DNA of 64,000 nucleotides from Candidatus Latescibacterota bacterium. GTDB taxonomy: Bacteria; Latescibacterota; UBA2968; UBA8231. Below are positions 29,004 to 38,931 of the stretch, in pieces (positions within the stretch are counted from its first letter, which is position 1; each line of letters opens with the position of its first letter). Below the pieces are notes generated by a model, which saw nothing but the letters and a program-made list of their open reading frames with translations, was not told the origin of the DNA and made no database searches. The DNA lies in contig CBDCDC010000002.1 in NCBI GenBank assembly GCA_965215195.1, forward strand, positions 4,704,001 to 4,768,000, written 5' to 3'. The translations under genes and the position numbers were made by a program.

Positions 29004-29041
29004 AAAACGAGGACGCCGCCGGTCTCCCGACGACATCCTCG
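29002..29041 (-). terminator. Rho-independent terminator of nrdJ
   Basis: Minus strand CGAGGATGTCGTCGG-GAGA-CCGGCGGCGTCCTCG-TTTTTT; full stem when G-U pairs are allowed. Confidence 0.8.
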
Positions 29042-29072
29042 CCTCAGGCAAAAAGCGCGGTCCGGCTTTAGT

Positions 29073-31391
29073 TCAACACTTGGACCACCCGCAGTGCTTG
29101 CACATCAGACAGCTACTCTCATACGCTACCGTCGCCCCGCACTCTGGACAGGTCGTCAGCGCCTTCGGCCCGCGGCTCTCGACGGAAGGGGTGACAGCAT
29201 CGTGCTGCTCGCCCGCCTTCCGCTGCAAATAGCGCTCCATCGCCTTGCCGATGGCATCGGGCGTGGACAAGATCAACTCGCCGCCTTCCCACACCGGAGT
29301 CGGGCCCGAAATGCCCTTTAACTGGCTGATGACTTCCTGCGGGTCAACCCCCGAGCGCAGGGCGAGCGAAATGAGCCGACTGATGGCCTCGGACTGGGCG
29401 GCCGCATTGCCGCCGGCCTTGCCGATGGTGCTAAAGACCTCGCAGACCCCGTACTCGTCTTCGTTGATCGTCACGTAGATCTTGCCCTCGCCGGTGTTGA
29501 TCCGCTCGGTAATGCCCGTGGTGACGGCCGGCCGGTGGCGGCGGTGGCGAAAGCCATCCGGCCCCAGAGAATCGGGGAGCTCCACAGCCGGGGCGGCTTG
29601 GCCTTCGGTCTGTAGAATGCCCTCGCGGCTGCCCTCGCGGTACACGGTCACTCCCTTGAGGCCCTCCTTGTACGCGGTGATGTAGATGTCGGCTACCGTC
29701 TCTAGCGCGATGTCTTCGGGCAGGTTGATCGTCGAAGAAATGCTGCTATCGGTGTACTTCTGGATCACGCCCTGCATCTTGACTCGGAAGTAGGGATCGA
29801 TTTCGTGGGCCGTCACGACGTAATCGGGCAGGTCCTCGTCGCCGCCGAAGACGCGCTGGACGAGCGGGTGATAGACCTTGTATTCGCGGAAACTCTCGCC
29901 GTCGTCCTGCTTTACCCGGCGGGTGTAGCTAGTGCAGAAGATCGGCTCAATCCCCGAACTGATCTGCGCCACAATCGAACCCGTGCCCACCGGCGGCATG
30001 GTAATCAAGGTGCTATTGCGCAGGCCGTGCGCGGCGATTTTCTCTTGCAGTGCTTGGGGCAGGTGCTGGATGAATTTGCTCTGCTTGATGCCCGCCCAGT
30101 CGAAAAGCGGAAAGGCCCCTTTCTCCCGGGCCAATTCGACGGACATCTCATAGGCGTTGTGGCAGATGGTGGCCATAATGCGGTCGATGATCGCTAGGGC
30201 CTCGTCCGAATCGTACTTGCTTTGCATCAGGACCAACGCGTCGGCCATGCCGGTGATGCCCAAACCCACTCGGCGATCAGAGGCTACGGCTTCGCGAATT
30301 TTGGGCAAGGCATGGTTGTCCACGTTGTAATCAATGACGTCGTCCAAAAAGCGGGTCGCCACGCCAGCGGCCTGCCCCAACGCCTCGTAGTCGAGCGCGC
30401 CATCGGCCCGGACGAAGCTCGCCAAATTGAGATTGCCTAGGTTGCAGGCCGTGTACGAGGCCAGCGGCTGCTCGCCGCAGGGATTGGTGCTGGTGAGCGG
30501 ATTGGCGTATTCGACGTTGTGATACTCGCGCATCGTGTCCCAAAAAATAATCCCCGGCTCGGCGCTGGCGTGGGCATTGGCGATGATCTTGTCCCACAGT
30601 AGGCGCGCCTTGACCGTGCGGAACACCTTGCCGTCCCAGCGCAAGTCAAAGTCCGAGTCGGCCAACACGGCTTGCATGAACTCGTGAGTAATTAGCACGC
30701 TGACGTTGGCGTACTGCACTTTGGTGCGGTTGGCGTCGTTTTTGATGGTGATGAAGTCTTCGATATCGGGATGATCGACCCGCAAGGTCAGCATCAGGGC
30801 ACCGCGACGGCCGGCTTGGGAGACGGCGTTGGTGCTCTCGGAGAGCAAGTTCATAAAGGCGGTGCAGCCCGGCGAGACATCCACCGTGGCATTGACCGAG
30901 GCCCCTTGGGGCCTGAGAATCGACAAATCCGTGCCGACGCCGCCGCCCGTGCGGTACACCATCGCCGACTCGCTCAGGCAGCGATAGATGCCCTCTAGGC
31001 TATCCTCTTCGATGGGAATGACATAGCAGTTGGACAGCGTCGGTTTGCGCCTCGCCTCGTCGCGGCCGGCACCGTGCATGACGCGCCCGCCGGGAATGAA
31101 CTTGAAGTCCATCAATAGCGAGAAGAAGCGGTCGTACCAGTATTGGGAATCCTCCTCCACCGAAGCCACGGCTCGGGCAATGCGGTCCCAGATGTGCAGC
31201 GGCCCGGTCTCGCCGGGGGCCAAGTACTTGTTGCGCAAAACGTCGATGGCGAGGTCGTTGTCCGCGTAATAGGTCTCGGCATCGGCGGCGCGGGCCAACA
31301 GAGCGTCGTGGCCGTTGCACTTGAAGCCGTGGCCTTCGAGTTGCGCCAACATATCTTCAAAGCGGTGTGCGACTGCGCGTTCGGACTCCAT
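29073..31391 (-). CDS. nrdJ: Adenosylcobalamin-dependent (class II) ribonucleotide reductase
   Basis: LSNCYV, QAGRRGALM, TNPCGEQ, CNLG, PP.GTGS, KGVTVYREGSR, TSCPD-like STPDAI and a terminal Zn ribbon; next to nrdR. Confidence 0.93.
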   Translation of the reverse strand: MESERAVAHRFEDMLAQLEGHGFKCNGHDALLARAADAETYYADNDLAIDVLRNKYLAPGETGPLHIWDRIARAVASVEEDSQYWYDRFFSLLMDFKFIPGGRVMHGAGRDEARRKPTLSNCYVIPIEEDSLEGIYRCLSESAMVYRTGGGVGTDLSILRPQGASVNATVDVSPGCTAFMNLLSESTNAVSQAGRRGALMLTLRVDHPDIEDFITIKNDANRTKVQYANVSVLITHEFMQAVLADSDFDLRWDGKVFRTVKARLLWDKIIANAHASAEPGIIFWDTMREYHNVEYANPLTSTNPCGEQPLASYTACNLGNLNLASFVRADGALDYEALGQAAGVATRFLDDVIDYNVDNHALPKIREAVASDRRVGLGITGMADALVLMQSKYDSDEALAIIDRIMATICHNAYEMSVELAREKGAFPLFDWAGIKQSKFIQHLPQALQEKIAAHGLRNSTLITMPPVGTGSIVAQISSGIEPIFCTSYTRRVKQDDGESFREYKVYHPLVQRVFGGDEDLPDYVVTAHEIDPYFRVKMQGVIQKYTDSSISSTINLPEDIALETVADIYITAYKEGLKGVTVYREGSREGILQTEGQAAPAVELPDSLGPDGFRHRRHRPAVTTGITERINTGEGKIYVTINEDEYGVCEVFSTIGKAGGNAAAQSEAISRLISLALRSGVDPQEVISQLKGISGPTPVWEGGELILSTPDAIGKAMERYLQRKAGEQHDAVTPSVESRGPKALTTCPECGATVAYESSCLMCKHCGWSKC

Positions 31392-31489
31392 TGATGCCCT
31401 CCCTTTGAAGCAAAAAAGGTCCATAGGCGACGTGGTAAAACATCGCCAAAATTCGGGTTAACTAGCTGTTAGGATTAGAGAAAAGAACA

Positions 31490-31530
31490 AACGTATAGCC
31501 CTGAAATATACTATCTCAGGGCTATACGTT
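31490..31530 (-). terminator. Long hairpin with U-rich tail in the nrdR-nrdJ intergenic region
   Basis: AACGTATAGCCCTGA/TCAGGGCTATACGTT perfect 15-bp stem followed by TGTTCTTTTCT on the minus strand. Confidence 0.6.
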
Positions 31531-31538
31531 CTTATGAC

Positions 31539-31554
31539 ATACAAGATATTGTGT
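31539..31554 (-). promoter_or_regulatory. NrdR box
   Basis: ACACAATATCTTGTAT closely matches the consensus acaCwAtATaTwGtg; upstream of nrdJ. Confidence 0.75.
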
Positions 31555-31562
31555 CTGGCTTC

Positions 31563-31591
31563 AAAGTAGAAACAACGCACTTGTTTGTCAA
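31563..31591 (-). promoter_or_regulatory. sigma70 promoter for nrdJ
   Basis: TTGACA-17 bp-TACTTT, the same hexamers as the tRNA promoter, just upstream of the NrdR box. Confidence 0.65.
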
Positions 31592-31668
31592 GGTAAATTA
31601 TCTATCCAGCCAGAGCAATTTCTAATGCGCGAAAAACAGTGGGCCGAGGGGAGTTGGCTAACCACTAC

Positions 31669-32121
31669 TCAATTATTAGCCAATTGCTCCAATTCGCGCA
31701 TGAAATCGCTCTTGTCTTTGAACTGGCGATAGACCGAGGCAAAGCGCACATACGCCACGTCGTTGAGCTGGCGCAGGTGTTCCATGACGCGCTCGCCGAG
31801 CTGCTTGGAGGGAATTTCCTTCACGTTGAGACTGCCCACTTCGGCCTCAACCTGATCGACGAGCTGCTCAATCGCCTCGGCCGATATAGTCGTCTTATAA
31901 CAGGCTATCTGTATCTTGTCGAGCAGTTTGCTGCGATCGAAAGGCTCGCGCCGGCCGTCGGCCTTGACGACGGATAGGGGCACGTTTTCGATGTATTCAT
32001 AGGTTGTGAAGCGCTTGGTACAGCTCGTGCATTCGCGGCGACGACGGATCGCCATACCTTCGCGGCACGACCGCGAATCCACCACCCGATCTTCTTCACA
32101 ACTGCAATAGGGACACCGCAT
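31669..32121 (-). CDS. nrdR: Transcriptional repressor NrdR
   Basis: MRCPYC...VVDSR...RRRREC..C.KRFTTYE, ATP cone, VAYVRFASVYRQF. Confidence 0.98.
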   Translation of the reverse strand: MRCPYCSCEEDRVVDSRSCREGMAIRRRRECTSCTKRFTTYEYIENVPLSVVKADGRREPFDRSKLLDKIQIACYKTTISAEAIEQLVDQVEAEVGSLNVKEIPSKQLGERVMEHLRQLNDVAYVRFASVYRQFKDKSDFMRELEQLANN

Positions 32122-32223
32122 AGACGAATCCTCCCACCAGTCTATTCAGAGCACGGCGGACAGCGTTTGTGCGAGGAGCAACGGGAAGGGAATTAATACT
32201 ACCATAAAAAAAATAGGCAACCG

Positions 32224-32880
32224 TCAGTTGAGCCTGAAGGTGAAGGGCAGGTTGACCCAGACCTTGACGGGCCGGTCGTTTTGCATGGCCGGCGTAAATT
32301 CCGTCTGGAGCGCGGCGGCTTTGGCGACCTCGTGGAAGACCTTGGGGCCAGTGATCTTGCCGATTTGCTCGACCTTGCCGTCTTTGCCGACTAGCGCCGT
32401 GACAAACACCTTGCCGGTGATGTTGGCCTTCTGGGCGGTAGCTGGATACTTGGGCGTTACTTTTTTGACCACCACGGGCTGCTTCTCGACCCGCCACAAC
32501 TCAACTATTTCCTCTTCCTCCTCCAACTCTACTTCCTCAACCACCTCTTCCTTTAGTGGCGGCGGCGGTGCCAGATCGTCGAGATCGAAGTCGAGCTCAG
32601 TATCCTCAATGGTCACGTCATCCGGGACATCCGGGTTGTCGGTAGGCACGGGCACTACCGGCCGGGCCGGCGGTGGGGGCCGGCGCTCTTGCTTAGTCTC
32701 GGGGATTTCTTCGAGTTGAATGACGATCGGCTCTTCGGATTTGGCGTAGGCTTCGGGCTCGAAGCTGGGGAAGAGCCCAAAGAGGGCCGCGTGCAAGAGG
32801 GTAGAAAATCCCGTGCAGGCCCATAACGTCTTCCGGTACGTCAACCGCAGGTTGGCTTCAGGCTGTTTGCCGCGAATCAT
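32224..32880 (-). CDS. tonB: Energy transducer TonB
   Basis: TM helix with S..LH, Pro-rich linker, YP..A...ITGKV, PAMQN. Confidence 0.9.
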   Translation of the reverse strand: MIRGKQPEANLRLTYRKTLWACTGFSTLLHAALFGLFPSFEPEAYAKSEEPIVIQLEEIPETKQERRPPPPARPVVPVPTDNPDVPDDVTIEDTELDFDLDDLAPPPPLKEEVVEEVELEEEEEIVELWRVEKQPVVVKKVTPKYPATAQKANITGKVFVTALVGKDGKVEQIGKITGPKVFHEVAKAAALQTEFTPAMQNDRPVKVWVNLPFTFRLN

Positions 32881-33290
32881 TCGTCCAGCTCCCGCTTGGT
32901 AGAAAAGTTGACCCGCAACGCCTCCACCTTGCGCAGCTCCTCCATAACATCGGAAATCACCCCGAACTCGGAATCCTTATCGCCCCGCAACGAGATGATC
33001 AACCGAGGATTGGCCGTCAGGTACTTATGCACCAACTTGCCCACTTCGGAAAGCGGTATGTTCCGGTCTTCGATACTGACGACCCCTTCGCTATTGACCC
33101 AAACCTGCAATACGTTGCGGCGGCTTTCGAGCTTCTCAATTTTTTCGGCCTGCGGCAACTTCACCGGCACACCCCTATAGCGCACAAAAACCGTCGAGAC
33201 CATAAAAAACACGAGGAGCAGGAAGGATATATCGGCCATGGAGGCCGTGGGAATGACGCTACCCACTTTGGCTTTGCGTGCGAATTTCAC
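32877..33290 (-). CDS. exbD: ExbD/TolR family protein
   Basis: IPTASMADISFLLLVFFMV, LRGDK. Confidence 0.9.
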   Translation of the reverse strand: MKFARKAKVGSVIPTASMADISFLLLVFFMVSTVFVRYRGVPVKLPQAEKIEKLESRRNVLQVWVNSEGVVSIEDRNIPLSEVGKLVHKYLTANPRLIISLRGDKDSEFGVISDVMEELRKVEALRVNFSTKRELDE

Positions 33291-33293
33291 AGG

Positions 33294-33707
33294 CTATTCT
33301 TCCGGGTTGGCAATCGAGATTTTGGTAGCGCCGGCCAGTTTGAGCTCGTCTAGTACATCGACGAAGGTGCGATAGGTGGCCCCACGCTCGGTCTTGAGCG
33401 AGACGATCAGATTCTCGTTTTCCCGCAGACGCCCCTCAATTCGCCCCTTGAGTTCGGCAAAAGGCACCGGCGTTAGCTGGTCATTTTCAAAAAAGGCGAC
33501 TTGGTCGCGGGCGTTGATCCACACGTTGAGAATGTTCTTTTCTTGTACCTCCTTGGTCTCGCCCACCGGCGGCAAGTGCAATGAGAGGCCCTTGTCTTGG
33601 TTCATGGTGGTCGTGACGAGGAAGAACACGATCAGCAGAAAGGCGATATCCGCCATCGAAGCCGTGGGGATTTCCGGGGCAACCCGGCTCTGGGGCCTCT
33701 TGATCAC
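33294..33707 (-). CDS. exbD: ExbD/TolR family protein
   Basis: EIPTASMADIAFLLIVFFLVTT; GTG at 33707. Confidence 0.9.
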   Translation of the reverse strand: MIKRPQSRVAPEIPTASMADIAFLLIVFFLVTTTMNQDKGLSLHLPPVGETKEVQEKNILNVWINARDQVAFFENDQLTPVPFAELKGRIEGRLRENENLIVSLKTERGATYRTFVDVLDELKLAGATKISIANPEE

Positions 33708-33709
33708 GC

Positions 33710-34327
33710 TTAGGCTCCTTGGTGCTGGCGCTCGGCCAACAGGTCGATGAAGTTGGCCGTCTGCTCGGTCATGTCGGCGATGAGCTTGTCGATGCGATTG
33801 GCGCAGAAGTTGTAGCAAAACTGGATCAGGATGCCCACGATCAGACCCGTAGCTGTGGTGATTAGGGCCTCGGAAATACCGCCCGCGACCATGGAAGGCT
33901 CGACATCGCCGGCTTCCTTGATCGCCTGAAAGGCATTGATCATACCGCTGACCGTACCCAAAAAGCCTATCATCGGCGCCAAGTTGGCCACGGTCGAGAG
34001 CCAGACCATGCCGCGCTCGAGAAAGGCCATCTCCACCGCGCCGGAATTGTCAATGGCCTTCTCGACGTGGTCGATGCCGCGCTCCAAGCGCAGGAGCCCA
34101 GCGTGGATAACGGAGGCAACCGGACCGCGCGTCCGTGAGCAAAGCGCGGCCGCGGCGTCGGGGCCGTCACTTTTGAGTGCCTCTTCGAGGTCCGTGAAGA
34201 AATTCGCAGCGTCAATCGACGAGCGCGACAGATTGTACAGGCGCTCGGCCGCTACGGCAACGCCGATGATGAGCAGAAGGAGCAGGGGATACATGGCCCA
34301 TCCACCATCTTGAAAAAGATCTATCAT
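33710..34327 (-). CDS. exbB: MotA/TolQ/ExbB proton channel
   Basis: APMIGFLGTVSGMI, AGGISEALITTATGL. Confidence 0.93.
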   Translation of the reverse strand: MIDLFQDGGWAMYPLLLLLIIGVAVAAERLYNLSRSSIDAANFFTDLEEALKSDGPDAAAALCSRTRGPVASVIHAGLLRLERGIDHVEKAIDNSGAVEMAFLERGMVWLSTVANLAPMIGFLGTVSGMINAFQAIKEAGDVEPSMVAGGISEALITTATGLIVGILIQFCYNFCANRIDKLIADMTEQTANFIDLLAERQHQGA

Positions 34328-34379
34328 TTTTCTCCTCGCGGTTATAACGTTAGTCCCGGTCTAAAGACCGGAGCGATGC

Positions 34380-35474
34380 TTAGTTTTGCTCTTCTTGTGC
34401 CTCTTCGCCACCGAAGAACTGCCGCTTGAGCTTTTCTTCCTCAGTCTCGGGTGGCCGGAGCTGCCAGATGCGCTGCTGGGCGATCTTCTCCCAAGCCGGA
34501 TCGGCCTTGGCTTTCTCAAAAGCGGCGATAGCCCCCTCCTCGTCGCCCTCCCGCACCAAACTATCGCCCTTGAGCAACAGCAGGTGTGCATCCTCGGAAT
34601 TTCCCTTCAGCCCCCGCTTCAACCACGCTTTTGCCGAGGCAAACTCGCCACGACCTTGGTGCCACTCCACTAGCTCAGCTACGCTCTCCAGATCCTTGGG
34701 ATCGGCCTCGATCATGCCCTTGAGGCCTTCGACGCGCATAGTGTCGTCGCCCGCTTTAGCGGCGATTGATGCGAGGCGGTTATAATAGGAATAGGCGTTC
34801 TGCGAATCCACCCGCGCTAGTTCCAACAACGAGTCGTAAGCCCCTTTGACATCGCCGACCTCTAACTGCAACTCGACGATACTCTCCAGTTGGTCAGCAC
34901 CACCCGTCCCGCCTTCGAGACGCCACGCAAGGGCCTGCGCCGCCTGCCCCAGCTCCTCGTGCAACACCGCAAGTATTTCAAATAGCTCGGCATCCTCGCT
35001 CCCGTCCGCGACCAACTGTTCGTAGTGGGCAACAGCCCGCTCGTTGTGGCCCTCGCGGCGATAGAGGTCGGCCAGCTTGCGCCGGTGCTCGGCCGCGTCC
35101 GGCTTTTTGAGCAGTGCGCGCTCCAAGCTCCAAGCAGCCGAATCGGGCAAGTCAATGGCTTGATATACCGAATAGAGAAGCAGGTTGGAATTCAGATGCA
35201 GCGAGTCGATACTGACTGCCCGGCGCAATGCGATGCGCGCGCCGGCGAAATCCTTTTTATCGTAGTACACCTTCCCCAAGAAGAAGGCGGCCTTCAGGTC
35301 TTGGGGACTATATTGCAGAAGAGTCGTGTAATAGCCTATGGCCCGGTCGTACTCTTTGCTTTGGCGGGCCGTCTTGGCCAAGTATTTGTACTTGCGGATT
35401 GAATCGGCCGTTGCAATTTCCTCGGCCTCGGCACCCAAAATCAAGGCGCAGATCACTAGCCCTAGGGTACGCAT
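34380..35474 (-). CDS. Secreted TPR protein
   Basis: Signal peptide and TPR periodicity; first gene of the exbB-exbD-exbD-tonB run. Confidence 0.8.
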   Translation of the reverse strand: MRTLGLVICALILGAEAEEIATADSIRKYKYLAKTARQSKEYDRAIGYYTTLLQYSPQDLKAAFFLGKVYYDKKDFAGARIALRRAVSIDSLHLNSNLLLYSVYQAIDLPDSAAWSLERALLKKPDAAEHRRKLADLYRREGHNERAVAHYEQLVADGSEDAELFEILAVLHEELGQAAQALAWRLEGGTGGADQLESIVELQLEVGDVKGAYDSLLELARVDSQNAYSYYNRLASIAAKAGDDTMRVEGLKGMIEADPKDLESVAELVEWHQGRGEFASAKAWLKRGLKGNSEDAHLLLLKGDSLVREGDEEGAIAAFEKAKADPAWEKIAQQRIWQLRPPETEEEKLKRQFFGGEEAQEEQN

Positions 35475-35820
35475 CAGATTACATTTCACGGTGAGCAATC
35501 CTCAATGGCTACGGTCTCCGAGCTGCGACAATTCGCGGGTTCGTTGCTCAATGCAGCCTCGCAGAGCCGTCAAAATATGGATTTACTGTTTGAGATGCAA
35601 CTTCAAAGGCCACCCAAATCACACCCCCCGCGATTACATCTGTGTAGCAACTGCATTACATTTTCGCGGCTGGCCTCGCATCCGCAGATTGACAAGTATT
35701 TATTTTTAATGCACGTTATCCGCTTTAATAGCAAGGTAGCGACGAGTGCCTTTATCCGCGCCATCGCCGCGTTCACTTCCGCCGGACTCGAGCGGCGGCG
35801 CTAATCTGAGAGGAAAAGCC

Positions 35821-36675
35821 TTGAACTGGTTTGAAAAAATGAAAACCGGGATCAAGTCCCTAATAAAGCGCGAAATTCCCCAAGGCATCTGGATCAAGTG
35901 CAAAAAGTGTAGCCGCTCCAACTACGAGATGGCCCTGCGCCGCAGCCACTGGATCTGCCCGGAATGCGCCTTCCACTACCCCATCGGCCCGCAGCAATAC
36001 ATCGACTTCCTCGTCGATGACGGCACTTTTGCCGAAATCGACCCAGGCGTAATGCCCGTCGATCCGCTCAAGTTCAAAGGCTATAAGGACAAAATCAAGA
36101 AGGGGCGGCGCGAAAGCGGCACCAAGGAATCCGTGCGCACCGGCGTCGGCCAGATCGACGGGCAGCCCATTGCCCTCGCAATTATGGACACGCGCTACCT
36201 CATGGGCACTTTGGGCGGCGCGACCGGCGAAAAGATCTGCCGCCTCATTGACCGCGCCATTGCCGAACACCGCACCCTAATCGTCATCTGCCAGTCGGCT
36301 GGGGCCAGAATGCAGGAGAGCGCCTATTCCCTGATGCAGATGGCCCGGATCAGTGCCAAGCTCAACCAGCTCGCGCAAAACGGCTTGCTCTACATCGCCA
36401 TTCTCACCGACCCGACCTACGGGGGAGTCACCGCCAGCTTCGCCATGCTCGGCGATATTGCCTTGGCCGAACCCGGGGCGCGCATCGGGTTTGCTGGGCC
36501 AGCCGTCATCCAGCAGTTCCTCGGCACGGACGCTCCCTTTCCCGCGGGCTTTCAGAAAGCCGAGACCGTCCTCGAACACGGCTTTATCGACCGCATCGTC
36601 CCGCGCGACCGCATGGCGGCGGAATTGGCGCGCTTGATCGCACTTTTGGCCCCCAAGACTGCCGGCCACGCCTAG
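35821..36675 (+). CDS. accD: Acetyl-CoA carboxylase carboxyltransferase beta subunit
   Basis: IWIKCKKC...CPEC Zn finger, GARMQES, DPTYGGVTASFA, IGFAGP. TTG start at 35821 is inferred. Confidence 0.96.
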   Translation: MNWFEKMKTGIKSLIKREIPQGIWIKCKKCSRSNYEMALRRSHWICPECAFHYPIGPQQYIDFLVDDGTFAEIDPGVMPVDPLKFKGYKDKIKKGRRESGTKESVRTGVGQIDGQPIALAIMDTRYLMGTLGGATGEKICRLIDRAIAEHRTLIVICQSAGARMQESAYSLMQMARISAKLNQLAQNGLLYIAILTDPTYGGVTASFAMLGDIALAEPGARIGFAGPAVIQQFLGTDAPFPAGFQKAETVLEHGFIDRIVPRDRMAAELARLIALLAPKTAGHA

Positions 36676-37955
36676 AAGTTCTGTCCTAGGCTCAGCCAGA
36701 TATCCATTTGCTCGTCGGCCACGCCCGTGCCCATGCGGATCACGAGATCGGCGTCCCAAATCATGCGCACCCCCGCGCCGCCGCTGACGTGCATGTCCGA
36801 CCATCCAATCTGATCCAAGTCGGGCCAGACCCGGCCCAAATCGAAAAAAGCCATTCCCTGCCACTCTATGTACTGCCCGTAAAACCAGACATCGTATAGT
36901 TGGTAGCGCAATTCGACATTGGAGAAAAAGCGCACGTCGTCTGTAAACCGCTGGGTGTCGAAACCGCGCAGCGAACCGCTGCCGCCCAACCCCTTGACCC
37001 GGCGGCTGCCGCCGATCTCGCCATAGGCATAGAGGGGTACTTCGCCACTGAGCACCTCCAGCACGAGGCGATGGGAGAAGTTCACCCGAGGCGACAGCGG
37101 GATGTAGTAGGCGTTGGTCAGGGTCACACGGCTAAAATCAATAGGCTCGAAGAACAGCGCCAGAAGCGAGTTGCGCGCCGACTCGTACGACCACTCCTGA
37201 AACAGGCCGCGCTGCGGCACCACTTCGTCGTCGCGGGTATCCCACTGGAGAGTCGCACTGATAAACCCGGAAAATCCATCTATCACTCCGTCTGGGGTGC
37301 CTCGCTCTAAATAGAATGCCTGCGTCCCCCGCTGGTCCACATCGACGCGCTCCAGCCCAAAACCGACCGACGTGGATACCGGACCGTACAAACGGCGAAA
37401 AAGGCTCACCAAGATCCGCGGGTTTCTCTCTAGAATATAGTAGTAGTAGTTCTCATCCTTGAAATCAGCGCTATTCGGCTCGACGAAGTCTCGCTTGAAT
37501 GCGCTGTCGTTGCCCAACCCATAGTAGCGCGTGCGCAGATTGCGCTCGCGGACCAACTCCAGCCTCAGGCCGAAACCCGTCCCCGAAATCCGCGGCACCC
37601 TCATCTGGACGCGGTTTTTTAATTTGCCCTCCGAGGACTGCTGTACGTGCAAGGTCAGCTTGTACAGATAGGGCTGGTGCCGGTAGTCGGCCCAATGGAC
37701 GCGCGCACCCCAGTTCCAGCCCGTGTTGGGGCTGAGAAAGACGAAGGGAAGACCGGTGACGCCGTAGGGAATGCCCCGCAGGATAAACTGGCGTCGCTTT
37801 GCCATCCAGCGCACGGCTTCCACGGTCTGCTCGGTCGCCGACTGCGAGACTTTGGCCAGCAGCGGGGACTCAGGCTGGCTGTGGGTGGAATCGACGCGGA
37901 CCTCGCCCCACGCGCCCGCTGCGAACAATAGGACGCCGATGAGAAGCCGCTTCAC
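36672..37955 (-). CDS. Omp85/BamA-TamA family beta-barrel without evident POTRA domains
   Basis: Signal peptide, WDTRD, LGG..SLRGF, FFDLGRVW, C-terminal LGQNF. Confidence 0.8.
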   Translation of the reverse strand: MKRLLIGVLLFAAGAWGEVRVDSTHSQPESPLLAKVSQSATEQTVEAVRWMAKRRQFILRGIPYGVTGLPFVFLSPNTGWNWGARVHWADYRHQPYLYKLTLHVQQSSEGKLKNRVQMRVPRISGTGFGLRLELVRERNLRTRYYGLGNDSAFKRDFVEPNSADFKDENYYYYILERNPRILVSLFRRLYGPVSTSVGFGLERVDVDQRGTQAFYLERGTPDGVIDGFSGFISATLQWDTRDDEVVPQRGLFQEWSYESARNSLLALFFEPIDFSRVTLTNAYYIPLSPRVNFSHRLVLEVLSGEVPLYAYGEIGGSRRVKGLGGSGSLRGFDTQRFTDDVRFFSNVELRYQLYDVWFYGQYIEWQGMAFFDLGRVWPDLDQIGWSDMHVSGGAGVRMIWDADLVIRMGTGVADEQMDIWLSLGQNF

Positions 37956-38812
37956 CGCGCCTGTCCTGCCCCCGCGTCCGCAGGGGGTGAAGGCGTGAAA
38001 ACGCCGCGCTCAAAGCGCTGGCGGTCAACCGGACTTATTGGGGCATTGAGCGAATAGCGGAGCGGCGTAATCGCGATCGCGCCGTGCGCCAAAGCTACCA
38101 CATCGCTGCTAGCGCCATCGCCGATCACCTGCAACTGGCAGCTATGGTACGCGAAGTGCGGCTCGTCCTCCCGCCGGGCGAATAGCGGACCATAGCTCGT
38201 CTTTGCCAAGCCCGTCAGGCATCTCGGGGATTCGCGCCTAGTACTGGCGGGCATGTTCACCGCGATCACGTCGGCACCAGCGGGCAACCCCCCGCGCAAG
38301 ATCTCGGCGGCGATTTCTGCGGCAACGGCCGCGGCCGCCGCGACCAATGCACTGAGCGCGGGATCGAGCCGGCGCGACCGCCGCCAATGGGCAAAAGCCG
38401 GCTCGGGCAGTTCCAGTGAAAAAGCCGCGGACGGCACTCCGGCGAGAAAGCCCTCTACAGCCGCCCCTATCGTGCCCGAACTCAGGGTGAAAGCGAGGCC
38501 GGAGTTGACGCCCATATTGACGCCAGAAACCACTAGGGCCGGCTTTGCGGAACAGAGGTTGTGAATGCCGATATGGGCGCAGTCGGCCGGCTTGCCAGTC
38601 AGGGTCTGAACGGGAAAGCCACCGCATTCGATCTCGGCCAACACCAACGGCTCAAAGCGGCTCATACTCTTGCTGGTCCAGCTACATTCCGCAGCCGGCA
38701 CGACCACGCACAGCTCGGCCAACTCGGATAGCTCCTGCAGCAAAGGCACCAAAATGGGCGAATCAGCACCGTCGTCGTTTGTCACCAATAGTTGGGGTTT
38801 TGCAGCGGTCAC
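37952..38812 (-). CDS. surE: 5'/3'-nucleotidase SurE
   Basis: LLVTNDDG, GKPADC, VSGVNMG.N, SGTIGAA, ITPL. GTG at 38812. Confidence 0.9.
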   Translation of the reverse strand: MTAAKPQLLVTNDDGADSPILVPLLQELSELAELCVVVPAAECSWTSKSMSRFEPLVLAEIECGGFPVQTLTGKPADCAHIGIHNLCSAKPALVVSGVNMGVNSGLAFTLSSGTIGAAVEGFLAGVPSAAFSLELPEPAFAHWRRSRRLDPALSALVAAAAAVAAEIAAEILRGGLPAGADVIAVNMPASTRRESPRCLTGLAKTSYGPLFARREDEPHFAYHSCQLQVIGDGASSDVVALAHGAIAITPLRYSLNAPISPVDRQRFERGVFTPSPPADAGAGQAR

Positions 38813-38931
38813 AGTCGATTTTCCCTTCTCTATGGATGCGCTCGGAGGTGGCGTCATTATAATAACAATCCGCCATTCGGCTCCCAACAATTTCCTTGCT
38901 TAGCTGCGGCCTGTGGCCCTATTATTTTGCT

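Noticed and set aside
31392-31560. Cobalamin riboswitch upstream of nrdJ
   Set aside because: No recognisable B12 box or conserved core.
31570-31586. Second NrdR box about 31 bp from the first
   Set aside because: CAA-N5-TTG spacing is one base off and the core matches poorly.
35477-35661. Three ATTACAT copies in the TPR/accD divergent region
   Set aside because: Short, irregularly spaced, one inside possible coding sequence; chance cannot be excluded.
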